Origin: a virus | Taxonomy: Duplodnaviria > Caudoviricetes | Reading direction: 5' to 3' (one strand) | Length of the DNA: 64,000 nt | IMG/VR virus record: IMGVR_UViG_2839447872_000003 | Location: 1,166 to 65,165 of that record | In this document: positions 1-8,719 of the stretch, in pieces | Layout of the letters: each line of letters opens with the position of its first letter | How positions within the stretch are numbered: the stretch's first letter is position 1 | Notes under the pieces: generated by a model | What the model saw: only the letters and a program-made list of their open reading frames with translations | Database searches by the model: none | Told to the model about the DNA's origin: nothing | Program-made: the position numbers and the translations under genes

Positions 1-354
1 CTCCCTGAGGGCTGTTTTGTAGGCGAAGTGGGCCACCCCTCTGGTCATCCCCTCCTCGACGAGAGCCGCGGGGTCTGTACCCTGCGGCACAAGGAAGGTC
101 TTGACCAGCAGGCGGATTCTATCCTCCTCTGCGGTCTGGATCTCGATGGGATAGAAGCTCCCCACCTTGTAGTTTGTTTTCCGCTCTGCTTTCTGCTCAT
201 TCTCCTCGTCCTCTCTGGGGGTGATGTCGGTGATGGTGATGCTGGTCCCATTCCCGTCCGCGCCGATAACCGTCTGCGGCGGCTCTGCAAACGCGGTGAC
301 GCTCATGGACAAAACCAGCAGGCTGGCCAGCAAAGGCGTCCTGATCTTTCTCAT
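1..354 (-). CDS. Secreted or surface protein, N-terminal part (runs off the window)
   Basis: Not in ORF track. ATG at 354 with AGGAGG RBS; MRKIRTPLLASLLVLSMSVTAFAEPP is a signal peptide with an AxA cleavage site; frame open to position 1. Confidence 0.75.
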   Translation of the reverse strand, partial: MRKIRTPLLASLLVLSMSVTAFAEPPQTVIGADGNGTSITITDITPREDEENEQKAERKTNYKVGSFYPIEIQTAEEDRIRLLVKTFLVPQGTDPAALVEEGMTRGVAHFAYKTALRE

Positions 355-371
355 TTGTAAAAATCCTCCTT

Positions 372-1376
372 TCACATGGAAAGCTGGGGCGGCTGCGTCT
401 CATGAGATTGCAGCCGCTCCAGCTTCTCTCTTGCCCAGTCGGGCAGAGGTTCTTCCTTTAAGACGCCGGTAAACTCCGCCGCGTCCCATACCCGTTCTTT
501 CTGTGCGAGCTGACGCGCGAATTCATTTGCCGCCTTAATACCGTCCGCCTCCTGGACCGCGTCGTTGATCCATTCCCTCGCGGCAGGGATCAGGCAGTCC
601 ACACATTGAACGAAGTATTCTTTGCAAAAGATATCTATGGTATTGAACGCCTGATTTACAGCAGCTTCACAAGCCGGGAGATTCAAAACAGCAGACAGCC
701 CGCTGCCATGATCTTCCGCTTTTCCAACCTCCAGCGCCACAGGAGCGCCGCTTCGGGTAAAATACGCCATCTTGCCGGGGGCATATGCCTCCTCCCATTC
801 ACCGCCGTCTGGTTCCACATAACCATATGATGTGAATACGCCTGCGTTTTCCTCCATATGCCGTTTTCCCAGAAGTGCCAGCAGCTCGTTTTGAAACTCG
901 CTACCCTCATCAGATTCAGCCAGCAGGCTGGCCGCCGCATCCGACAGCATCCCATTATGAATTAAATAGGCGCCCAAGTCACTGATGTTGTGGACATTGG
1001 GCGCTATGAGGCAGGAGTCGGTATGGAAGGTCAGGTCGATCAGCCTTTGCAGGGGGATAGGGCTGGTCCGGCTGTCCCGTTCCATCTGCAGCAGTCCCTC
1101 AAAGCCGCATGCCTGATCTTCTTCCAGCATGGAGAGGCGCTGGGCGAAGAGGTTGAGTTCATACAGGTTTTTGACTTTCCCAAGATCCGCTTCGGAAATC
1201 TCCTTGTGGTGGATCTCAGTCGCTTCAATCCCGCAGCAGGACCCATCCGTAATCCGGGCCTTCTCCAGCGCGTCGTGAAACTCCGCCCAGGTCGCGGGCA
1301 GCTCCAACTCGGTGGCCGTTTCATATCCCCTTGGCCCATCATTGCTGATCTCTACCTCGAAGATTTTTTTACCCAA
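372..1376 (-). CDS. Hypothetical ICE protein, possibly ArdA-like antirestriction-associated
   Basis: TTG start at 1376 after GGAGG, overlapping the upstream stop; acidic protein (LELPAT...YGYVE) typical of ICE cargo. Confidence 0.6.
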   Translation of the reverse strand: MGKKIFEVEISNDGPRGYETATELELPATWAEFHDALEKARITDGSCCGIEATEIHHKEISEADLGKVKNLYELNLFAQRLSMLEEDQACGFEGLLQMERDSRTSPIPLQRLIDLTFHTDSCLIAPNVHNISDLGAYLIHNGMLSDAAASLLAESDEGSEFQNELLALLGKRHMEENAGVFTSYGYVEPDGGEWEEAYAPGKMAYFTRSGAPVALEVGKAEDHGSGLSAVLNLPACEAAVNQAFNTIDIFCKEYFVQCVDCLIPAAREWINDAVQEADGIKAANEFARQLAQKERVWDAAEFTGVLKEEPLPDWAREKLERLQSHETQPPQLSM

Positions 1377-1866
1377 GGGTAATTCCTCCCTTCTGTTCCT
1401 CATAACGGTCCAGCCTGGAACCGAACAGCTCCTGCTCGGTCTGGATGCTCCAGTCGCCGTCCGGACTCCACGGATGGGCATAGATCTCGCCGTCCGGCGC
1501 CTGATTTGCCCGCTGCTCAAAGCCCTCGCCAAAGCCGGCCAGATGCTTGTAACCATCCTCGGAGTCAAGATCCTTGGAGGGGGGAGGGGGCGCGGCTTCC
1601 AACTCATTGAGGTACGCCCTGACCGTGTGCGCGATCCTGGCTGTTTCATATTGAAGCTCGTTAGCCTCCTCGGATTCTTTTCGGCCTTCACAGCTGAAGA
1701 CGTTGCTGGTAGGGTGGACGTCGCAGACGGGTTCCCCGTCCAGATACACACACAGGATGTTTGTGCCCTTCCTCTCTGATACGATGCCCTTTTCCCGCAG
1801 CTGCAGGGACAGTTCACCGAAGAAGCGGCTGCGGATTTCCTCCTGCCGGACATTGGTGTTTTCCAT
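1369..1866 (-). CDS. Hypothetical ICE protein
   Basis: 165 aa ORF with GGGAGG RBS, coupled to the next gene. Confidence 0.7.
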   Translation of the reverse strand: MENTNVRQEEIRSRFFGELSLQLREKGIVSERKGTNILCVYLDGEPVCDVHPTSNVFSCEGRKESEEANELQYETARIAHTVRAYLNELEAAPPPPSKDLDSEDGYKHLAGFGEGFEQRANQAPDGEIYAHPWSPDGDWSIQTEQELFGSRLDRYEEQKGGITLG

Positions 1867-1889
1867 CTCTTTGCCTCCCTTGTAACTTT

Positions 1890-1954
1890 AGCGCCCTTTT
1901 TCGGAAAATGAAAACAGCGCCCTTTTTGAAAAACCTCATTTCAAAAAGGACGCT
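1890..1954. repeat. Three copies of a 12-bp motif, two forming a 16-bp inverted repeat
   Basis: AGCGCCCTTTTT at 1890-1901 and 1916-1927, inverted AAAAAGGACGCT at 1943-1954; 1916-1931 pairs with 1939-1954 at 15/16. Confidence 0.8.
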
Positions 1955-2025
1955 GTGGATTTCTATAGAATTTTGGGGTTCGGATCCAGCCAGCTTCTGT
2001 GAACCCCCTGTTTGGATCTTTTGTT

Positions 2026-3657
2026 TTAACTGTGAAATTTGAGGTGGAACCCCCCCGAAAAGCCCGATACCATCGGCATTTCTGCCGATGGTATCCAAAG
2101 TGGGCATTTTTTTGGTGGCCCTAAAGAGAGACTAAACGAACATTCTTCTGCGGCAAAGCTTTCTATATTATCTATAACAGAAGTATCCAGTGGGAGATTT
2201 ACAAAGGTTTTCTTTCCTGTAACACTGAATTCTATTTTTAAGTGATCATCATAGAGATATACAGCGATTAGAAATGTATCGAACAGTTTTGCTTGAAAAG
2301 CTTTATCCTCAATGTTTCCGTTTTTATATAGGGACATAGCGGAAATAATATCATCCCGTGAGTAATGCAGGAGGGAAGCCTGTTCTTCATCCAAACGAGA
2401 AACCAAAATAGCCTGTTCTCTTTCCAATTCCAGCAGCCGATCCTTTGTAGTGGAGGTGATGATGCCATGTTCAATGGCTGTCAGCAGGTTTTTAGTAGCC
2501 TGTTTATTCTCGGCCAACTGGGTTTCCAAAGAGCCTATACAGGTCTGGTTTCGGTATTCCTTAGCAAAGGTCATTGCGCTGTCGGCGATCCATTCCAGGA
2601 CATCGTCACGCATGATATAATTACGAATTGCGACAGCAACCTCATGCTCGATCTTATCCCGGCGTATATTGGCTTTATCACAGGACTTCTCCATACGCCT
2701 TTTTTGGCAGATGTAGTAATGATGCAGTTTTCCGTTCTTTCCAGTGCCTGAGATACCGGCCATGGGACTTTTACAGTGACCACAAAACAGTTTTCCAGTA
2801 AGTAAATAATCTCCGTTGATCCGATGCCGGCCTTGCGGATTCTTTTTCGTTTTCAACACCTCCTGTACGCGAAAGAAAAGCCCTTTGTCCACAATCTGAG
2901 GAACCCCTCCTTCGATTCGTATATCACCATAAATATATACTCCTGTGTATCTTTCATTGGTCAACAGAGCATGGAAACTGTTTTTCCCCCATGCTTTTCC
3001 CCTGCTGGTCTTTATCCCTCGGGCGTTTAAGTCGGCGGCAATATCAGCGAATGAATCTCCGCAGGCCGTCCGGCTGAAAATCTCGCGGACAATTTCATCA
3101 TTCGGCGGGTCCAGGGCATAGCGCAGATCATCGCCTTTTTTGTAACCAAGCGGCAACCCTCCATTGGCAATTTTACATTTGGCGGCATTGTCGTATAACC
3201 CGCGCTTGATATCCTCCGCCATATTCTCACTATAGAACTGATTGACATTCATCATTGAGCGAAGCGCAAACCGGCCGGCAGCAGTATCGTCGAAATCCTC
3301 CTCGGCATAGAGAACCCGTATGCCCAAATCATTTAACTTGGCCTCGTTCATCATAGCTTGGAGCATATTGCGACCCATACGGTTTGACTTCCAGGCGATT
3401 ACATATTTAAACTTTTTCTTTTCAGCGTCTCGCATCATCCGCTGGAAATTGGGGCGTTTGTCCGTTTTGCCACTGATGGCCCGATCAGCGTAGATCTCTA
3501 TGATTTGAAAGCTATTCTGCTGGGCAAATTCCTGGCACTGCTTAACCTGCTGCTCAATGCTCACATCCCGCTGGTTGTGGGAACTGTACCGAGCGTAGAT
3601 GACGGCGGTGCCGGAATAGCGTTCCTGCTGGTCCGCCAGTTTCTTGCGTGGAGACAT
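2026..3657 (-). CDS. Large serine integrase (resolvase, recombinase and Zn-ribbon domains)
   Basis: YARYSS catalytic motif, RPNFQRMM, KSNRMGR, LLTGKLFCGHC ribbon; the 3' end crosses the att core. Confidence 0.95.
   Translation of the reverse strand: MSPRKKLADQQERYSGTAVIYARYSSHNQRDVSIEQQVKQCQEFAQQNSFQIIEIYADRAISGKTDKRPNFQRMMRDAEKKKFKYVIAWKSNRMGRNMLQAMMNEAKLNDLGIRVLYAEEDFDDTAAGRFALRSMMNVNQFYSENMAEDIKRGLYDNAAKCKIANGGLPLGYKKGDDLRYALDPPNDEIVREIFSRTACGDSFADIAADLNARGIKTSRGKAWGKNSFHALLTNERYTGVYIYGDIRIEGGVPQIVDKGLFFRVQEVLKTKKNPQGRHRINGDYLLTGKLFCGHCKSPMAGISGTGKNGKLHHYYICQKRRMEKSCDKANIRRDKIEHEVAVAIRNYIMRDDVLEWIADSAMTFAKEYRNQTCIGSLETQLAENKQATKNLLTAIEHGIITSTTKDRLLELEREQAILVSRLDEEQASLLHYSRDDIISAMSLYKNGNIEDKAFQAKLFDTFLIAVYLYDDHLKIEFSVTGKKTFVNLPLDTSVIDNIESFAAEECSFSLSLGPPKKCPLWIPSAEMPMVSGFSGGFHLKFHS
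2066..2095 (-). terminator. 13-bp hairpin with GAAA loop, probable terminator originally downstream of the tRNA attB
   Basis: GATACCATCGGCA-gaaa-TGCCGATGGTATC followed by GGGCTTTTC on the minus strand. Confidence 0.6.
2110..2142. repeat. Left att junction: core plus attP arm
   Basis: Core TTTTGGTGG; arm AAAGAGAG-ACTAA-ACGAACA mirrors AAAGAGAG-CCAG-ACGAACA at the right junction. Confidence 0.85.
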
Positions 3658-3672
3658 TCTGCACCTCCCGCT

Positions 3673-4890
3673 TCACTTTGGATTATTGTAACGATAAATA
3701 AGATTGCTTAACTCTCTGTTGTTTACCCTCAATAGTAATCCGCAATATAGCGCATCTATCTCATTTTGGGTAAGAGTGTGATCATAAACTTCTCCGCTTT
3801 CCTCGCAGGAGAATCTAAGAATAGCCGTTTCGGCTGTTTCAAGTTGTTCCAATACGCTGTCATAAAAGCCGCATTCGCAATACTCCTCAATTGTATTTCC
3901 TGATATTACGTTTCTTGTACAGTCGTAAGAATTCACTCTTGCAGTATAAACCCGTTCTCCGTTGATGCTCAATTCAATATGATCAAAGAATAACCAGTCG
4001 GTTTTTCTAAAGCCAACTTTTATATTTAGGCTTGTACCTTCGACAGAAACGGCAACAGAGCTATCTTTTGTGATGCTGTCAGCCCCAACAAAAGATAAAA
4101 CATATTTACTGTCAAATTCATCTAAACTGATGTTCCAATTCTCCTCATACTGTGATGCTGGAATAATCAAATCAAGTATTGCGTAGGCGGAATCAAGCGG
4201 TGTTGCATCATTTTCTGACAAATACTCGTTAATGTATGCAATAAGTTCTGAATAACGATAAGATTGATATAAGTTGTTATACTGATTTTGCCGTTCTTCA
4301 TCGCTAAAAAAGTCACATAAAGGACGCAGATCGAGTTCCCCATCTTTTATAGTTGCCTCGTATGAAACCCCATCTTTATCGCAATATTCACCTGTGGCAT
4401 TGTAAAAATCAGTAAAAGTTCCTATAAAACTGGATCCATCAGGGTAGTAGAGTATCCCATCACCAGAGAGGACTCTAGCGTTAAATGTACCCTCATATTT
4501 TTCTCCCGTCTCCATAATAAAGGTCCCACGTCCTGTTTCAGAATCGTTAGTAAATTCACCGCTATAAACCTGTCCACTTTCCCAAGTAGACGTACCAGTC
4601 CCTTCCCAATGACCAGCAATCCATTCTCCCTCATATGTCCATATTTCTCCGGTTGAGTTTTTTGATGTAAACTTTCCCCGCCCATCTGGAAGCCCGTTCT
4701 CGTCGATTTCTCCAGAGTAGGTTCCAGTACGCGTTCCAAACAAGAAGTTAAGGGTAATTTCTCCCTCATAAACTCCTAAAGTGCTTGACGTTTCAATAGA
4801 CGGTTCACTTTGTTGGGCATTGCCTCCTGCGCCGTTACTACACCCGACAAAAAACAGCACACAAGCAAGGATAATTGCAACTTTTTTCAT
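3673..4890 (-). CDS. MORN-repeat lipoprotein, lysogeny-region moron
   Basis: Lipobox FFVGC17; repeats such as YEGEWIAGHWEGTG, YSGEFTNDSETGRG, YEGTF; visibly AT-richer than the rest of the phage. Confidence 0.8.
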   Translation of the reverse strand: MKKVAIILACVLFFVGCSNGAGGNAQQSEPSIETSSTLGVYEGEITLNFLFGTRTGTYSGEIDENGLPDGRGKFTSKNSTGEIWTYEGEWIAGHWEGTGTSTWESGQVYSGEFTNDSETGRGTFIMETGEKYEGTFNARVLSGDGILYYPDGSSFIGTFTDFYNATGEYCDKDGVSYEATIKDGELDLRPLCDFFSDEERQNQYNNLYQSYRYSELIAYINEYLSENDATPLDSAYAILDLIIPASQYEENWNISLDEFDSKYVLSFVGADSITKDSSVAVSVEGTSLNIKVGFRKTDWLFFDHIELSINGERVYTARVNSYDCTRNVISGNTIEEYCECGFYDSVLEQLETAETAILRFSCEESGEVYDHTLTQNEIDALYCGLLLRVNNRELSNLIYRYNNPK

Positions 4891-5039
4891 AAGAACGTCC
4901 TCCTCAAATTAAAATGTCCCTGCCTTTTGCAATAACGAAAACAGTTATTTTATCACATTTTTAATTATTTTTAGTAAAATATGATATAATTTTCCTGTAC
5001 AAATACATAGCCTTGGCGCCAGGGCGGAAAGGAGTCCCC

Positions 5040-5231
5040 GTGAGCAACAACGAAAAGTTCAACGCCCTGCTCAATTCATGCTCTCATGCGCAACAGGTTT
5101 ATAATGCCCTACTTACCTTTGCTAAACCAAGCCTCCAACAAACCGATAATGTGAGCGAGAAACGCAAGATCATCATCGGAGAGTTGTTGTCCCTCTTGAA
5201 TCAAGCCGAGAGCACGCAACAAATAATTTGA
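5040..5231 (+). CDS. Small ORF convergently overlapping the repressor 3' end
   Basis: GTG after GAAAGGAG RBS; TGATATAAT -10-like element upstream; 63 aa. Confidence 0.5.
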   Translation: MSNNEKFNALLNSCSHAQQVYNALLTFAKPSLQQTDNVSEKRKIIIGELLSLLNQAESTQQII

Positions 5232-5504
5232 TTCTTCCAATGATATGTTATCTTCCCCCGGTACAACTTCAGTTGTACCGGGGGATTTCGCTTTTTGAGG
5301 AAGATGTACGCAATCTTGAAATAGAAAATTAGGCTCAACATTAAGCGCATCAATGAGTGCGTACATGATAGGTTCTTTAGGATGACTGGTTTCTTTTTCG
5401 TAGTTGGTAATTGCGGAACCAGTAACTCCTATCATTTTCCCCAATTCCTCTTGAGTGAATCCAGCCTTTTCACGGGCCTCCCTGAGACGTTTTCCAATTC
5501 CCAT
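5109..5504 (-). CDS. CI-like XRE HTH repressor
   Basis: RLREAREKAGFTQEELGKMIGVTGSAITNYEK HTH; ATG at 5504 after GGGGG RBS. Confidence 0.9.
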   Translation of the reverse strand: MGIGKRLREAREKAGFTQEELGKMIGVTGSAITNYEKETSHPKEPIMYALIDALNVEPNFLFQDCVHLPQKAKSPGTTEVVPGEDNISLEESNYLLRALGLIQEGQQLSDDDLAFLAHIIGLLEAWFSKGK

Positions 5505-5525
5505 AATGCCCCCCCTTATACCCAT

Positions 5526-5639
5526 ATTTAAACATAAAACCCTTAATTCGTCAAGATAAAAATTCAAGAAACTTTAGAAAAAACACTTGACTTATAAAGA
5601 ATCTTGAGTTATTATGGTTTTGTCATCAAGATTCTTTAG
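5526..5639. promoter_or_regulatory. Lysis-lysogeny switch: divergent promoters and three operators
   Basis: Rightward TTGACT(5587)-17-TATTAT(5610); leftward TTGACG(5554)-17-TTAAAT; motif TCAAGAWWCTTTAK at 5564-5577, 5594-5607 (inverted) and 5626-5639. Confidence 0.8.
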
Positions 5640-5655
5640 ATCGGAGGGGTGAAAA

Positions 5656-5892
5656 ATGGGAACATCTCTAATTGCTGCAAACACCAAACGTATTATCGCT
5701 GATAAGGGGCTAAAACAGCGAGTGGTTGCCGCTAAAGCTGGATTTTCTGAAAAGCAGTTCAGTGCATTGATGACTGGCAGGCGAATCATCAAGGATATTG
5801 ATGTTATGGCTATCGCAATTGCGCTTGACACTACGCCAAATGACCTTTTCGGATATCCGGTAAAACGAGATACGGACCCGACCAGCGCATAA
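5656..5892 (+). CDS. Cro-like HTH regulator
   Basis: KGLKQRVVAAKAGFSEKQFSALMTGRR HTH, divergent from CI. Confidence 0.85.
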   Translation: MGTSLIAANTKRIIADKGLKQRVVAAKAGFSEKQFSALMTGRRIIKDIDVMAIAIALDTTPNDLFGYPVKRDTDPTSA

Positions 5893-5931
5893 TCCCACTA
5901 TAGCAATATCAGAGTCTAGCAATGAAAGAAG

Positions 5932-6174
5932 GTGAAAGCGATGCAAGACGAAAAAGCAACCGCCCCAAAGATTCCAGCTTTGAGACGGCTCTACGAGGAA
6001 AAGCGGGGAAAAGAAATCGCCGCAGAACGATTTGCCCGTGTAATTCTCGAAAACGCAAGCGCACACGGGCTGTCCATCTGGCAGTTAGAAAAGGCCTGCA
6101 ACCTGGCGATCAGTCTGTGTCGAGAAGTTTCGGTTCCCACTCTTGAAGCCCTTCAACGAGACCGGGAGAGTTGA
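5932..6174 (+). CDS. Hypothetical phage protein
   Basis: ORF with RBS in the early operon; start may be 5941. Confidence 0.55.
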   Translation: MKAMQDEKATAPKIPALRRLYEEKRGKEIAAERFARVILENASAHGLSIWQLEKACNLAISLCREVSVPTLEALQRDRES

Positions 6175-6340
6175 GCAGCTCTATGTACATATCGGTGAAG
6201 GCCTCTGTCAGCAGTAAAGAATGACTGGGATATTGTGGATTATCTGGTTCGACTACTACTCTGTTTTCGGCTAACGCCTGTGTGTACTGTGCCTGCGCAT
6301 AAACAAGTGCCAAGTCATAGGCTAATTTTTGCGTATTCAT
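6110..6340 (-). CDS. Hypothetical protein, antisense moron
   Basis: AAAGGGGATG RBS, 76 aa, protein-like composition. Confidence 0.6.
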   Translation of the reverse strand: MNTQKLAYDLALVYAQAQYTQALAENRVVVEPDNPQYPSHSLLLTEAFTDMYIELLNSPGLVEGLQEWEPKLLDTD

Positions 6341-6443
6341 AAGTTCATCCCCTTTCCACCCAAATTATACCATATAGCGAGAAAAGGGGCAAACAAAAAA
6401 GCAAGAAAAAGCCGCCCGAGGGTGGTGTGAAGGAGGTTGTGAG

Positions 6444-6641
6444 ATGCCGTTTTACTGTTCAGAGGGGGAGTTATCACTACGCGATAAGCTGATGACCGCT
6501 GTTGTGGATAGCAATCTGTCTTACCAAGAGGCAATCAGCGCACTCAACTATGTGAGAACTGTGCTCAACGATAAAGCAAACAACCTCCTGGATGGTGTCA
6601 GCATCCAAGAGGTTGCCAAGAAAGAACGCTTTAATCGGTGA
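6444..6641 (+). CDS. Hypothetical phage protein
   Basis: AAGGAGG RBS. Confidence 0.55.
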   Translation: MPFYCSEGELSLRDKLMTAVVDSNLSYQEAISALNYVRTVLNDKANNLLDGVSIQEVAKKERFNR

Positions 6642-6858
6642 TGCTCGTAGGTTTACGGCGGTCGTATTCAGTGTGCAGGTCATCTACAATCTGGTAGAGC
6701 TTATCCAGCATTTCAGAGTAGTCCATTTTGGATAAGTCCTCCCTTGCTGCAAGCACCTGTACGGCCAGAGTGCCTAAGTTGTCGCGGACTTCGACAATTT
6801 GAGGGACAAGCGCATGTTCGTGACCTGGTTGGTCACAAAAAGAGCGCGTGTTGGACAT
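6631..6858 (-). CDS. Hypothetical protein, antisense moron
   Basis: GGGGGG RBS, 75 aa, helical. Confidence 0.55.
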   Translation of the reverse strand: MSNTRSFCDQPGHEHALVPQIVEVRDNLGTLAVQVLAAREDLSKMDYSEMLDKLYQIVDDLHTEYDRRKPTSITD

Positions 6859-7008
6859 GGAAACACCCCCCCCCTTCCATACTGAGTTTTAGCGACGCGG
6901 TAACACCGTCGAGACCAGTATATCAAACCGGAGAAAAAAAGGAAGGGGCGGTATGAACCCGTGCAAGAAAAAAACCGCCCAGCGGGCGGCAGGAGGGAGG
7001 TGCATTAA

Positions 7009-7275
7009 GTGGATGATAACAATCCGGATGCCAAAGCAATCCTGAAACACTATGGGTACAATGGCGACAGTACGGCGCAGACTATAGGGCTTTGGCCCAA
7101 TGATGGCACTGCAATTGCGCGGCTGGGACAATTGCCGGAGGCACTCGGTCTGTATAAGGCGGAGAAAAGCAAAATCCGGGTAGTATTTGACTACGACCCG
7201 GATTATCCAAGGGCTGTGCTCCAAGTTTGGGGATTGACACCGGCTGCACTACTTCCCGATATCGGGAATGCATAA
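7009..7275 (+). CDS. Hypothetical phage protein
   Basis: GGAGGGAGG RBS, GTG start. Confidence 0.6.
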   Translation: MDDNNPDAKAILKHYGYNGDSTAQTIGLWPNDGTAIARLGQLPEALGLYKAEKSKIRVVFDYDPDYPRAVLQVWGLTPAALLPDIGNA

Positions 7276-7401
7276 CCAAGAAAACGCCCCGACAAGTGCT
7301 GACGACACCTGACAGGGCATACAAACCAATCCAAAACAAAGGCTTGCAACTGGATTATAACATATCTTTCTGATGATCTGCAAGTACAAAGGAGACTTTC
7401 A

Positions 7402-7611
7402 ATGGATACATACCAATGCAATGCGCCCCATGATACCCTCGAATTTTCAACGTCCGATATCCCGGAATATATCCGAAAACTGGCGGCTCTTGCGGCTATA
7501 GAGTTGACCGAAAGTATTCTCAGGCAGCCGGACGGCCGCAGGATGCTGGCCGAAGAAACTGCGCGGCGCAAATCAATGGAGGGCCAAACCCCAAGAACTG
7601 AAAGGAGGTGA
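7402..7611 (+). CDS. Hypothetical phage protein
   Basis: AAAGGAG RBS. Confidence 0.65.
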   Translation: MDTYQCNAPHDTLEFSTSDIPEYIRKLAALAAIELTESILRQPDGRRMLAEETARRKSMEGQTPRTERR

Positions 7612-7617
7612 TTTCTT

Positions 7618-7863
7618 ATGAAAGCTGTTGGAATTGTTCGCCGTATTGATCATCTCGGCCGATTGGTAATCCCAAAGGAGTTTCGCCGAACCCTGGGTAT
7701 CAACGAGAACGACCCTATGGAGATTCTCGTCACAGATGATGGAATTCTGGCGCGGCCGTACAAGCAGGGCTGTATCTGCTGTGGTTCTACAGAAGACCTG
7801 GTGAATTTCAAGGATGTCTCTCTGTGCGGCAACTGCATCCATGCGTTTGCTGAAAGGAGCTGA
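7618..7863 (+). CDS. AbrB/MazE/SpoVT-family DNA-binding protein
   Basis: GIVRRIDHLGRLVIPKEFRRTLGI signature; C-terminal CxxC...CxxC. Confidence 0.92.
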   Translation: MKAVGIVRRIDHLGRLVIPKEFRRTLGINENDPMEILVTDDGILARPYKQGCICCGSTEDLVNFKDVSLCGNCIHAFAERS

Positions 7864-7867
7864 CGAT

Positions 7868-8161
7868 TTGGCGGAATTTCATCGGACAAAGAATGGAACA
7901 CCTTGGCTCGAAATTACCTGTGAGGAGCTGTCCGGCTATTCTGGGATGGACAACCCTATTTGTGACAATTGTCTAAGCAGATTGGCCGGCATCAGCAACA
8001 TCATCCTTCTTCCTATTCTCAATGAAGCATATTGCCCCAAATGCGGCAAGGAGCGGTTGGACAAAATACGGCCTTATCCGGGAGATCGCTTTATCGAAGA
8101 AAGGAGGACGCGCTTTTACCTCGAATACTTCGGACTGCAAGAGGATGATCTAGCGCCGTGA
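7868..8161 (+). CDS. Hypothetical Cys-rich protein
   Basis: TTG after GAAAGGAG; ICDNC and YCPKC motifs. Confidence 0.7.
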   Translation: MAEFHRTKNGTPWLEITCEELSGYSGMDNPICDNCLSRLAGISNIILLPILNEAYCPKCGKERLDKIRPYPGDRFIEERRTRFYLEYFGLQEDDLAP

Positions 8162-8280
8162 TCGGACTTTCATAAAAAAGAAGCCGTCTCCGCTGCCACG
8201 AAAACGGCTTTAAGCAAAAAGAACTTTATTTAGTTTATCAATGGAACGGTAAAAAGTCAAGTTCATTGGGGGGCAACTCC

Positions 8281-8661
8281 ATGCAAAATGACAACGAATT
8301 GCGCTGCCTGCGTGTTGACCTTGGCCTGCCAGCAAAGGATATGGTAGCCATCGTCCAAACCTTGTATCCCAAGTTCGATAAAACCATGCAAAGCAAATGT
8401 GAACGTGGCGACGAGTATGGTGTGAATATTAGACCGGACGCTATGAAAGCTCTGTATGAGCGGTTCGCCCCCGAGCGGCTGGAGCCGCCTAAGAGGACGC
8501 GGCACGGCCAGCACCGGCTTACCTGTCGTATCTCGGGACGTCTGGAGGATAGCGTCTACGCGGCGTTGCAACAGCACATGGAGATCGATGGCTATGCCAC
8601 AACTCAGGAATGGATCACGGCTATGGTTCTTCGGTATATCGCAGAAAAGGAGCAAGAATGA
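8281..8661 (+). CDS. Hypothetical DNA-binding protein (HTH- and RHH-like regions)
   Basis: ORF in the early operon with TTGGGGG RBS. Confidence 0.6.
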   Translation: MQNDNELRCLRVDLGLPAKDMVAIVQTLYPKFDKTMQSKCERGDEYGVNIRPDAMKALYERFAPERLEPPKRTRHGQHRLTCRISGRLEDSVYAALQQHMEIDGYATTQEWITAMVLRYIAEKEQE

Positions 8662-8719
8662 GTAATTATTTTACCTACGGCACCGTCCGTTGGGCTGACA
8701 ACTGAAAGGAGCTATCACT

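Larger units (their letters stand above)
1..2040 (-). mobile_element. ICE-like cargo region left of the prophage (partial)
   Basis: Co-oriented minus-strand hypothetical genes resembling Clostridia conjugative-element cargo; no housekeeping genes. Inference. Confidence 0.45.

Noticed and set aside
372-1853. 493-aa ORF as a single gene
   Set aside because: The N-terminal ~160 aa shadow the 1369-1866 gene in another frame; a TTG start with RBS at 1376 fits better.
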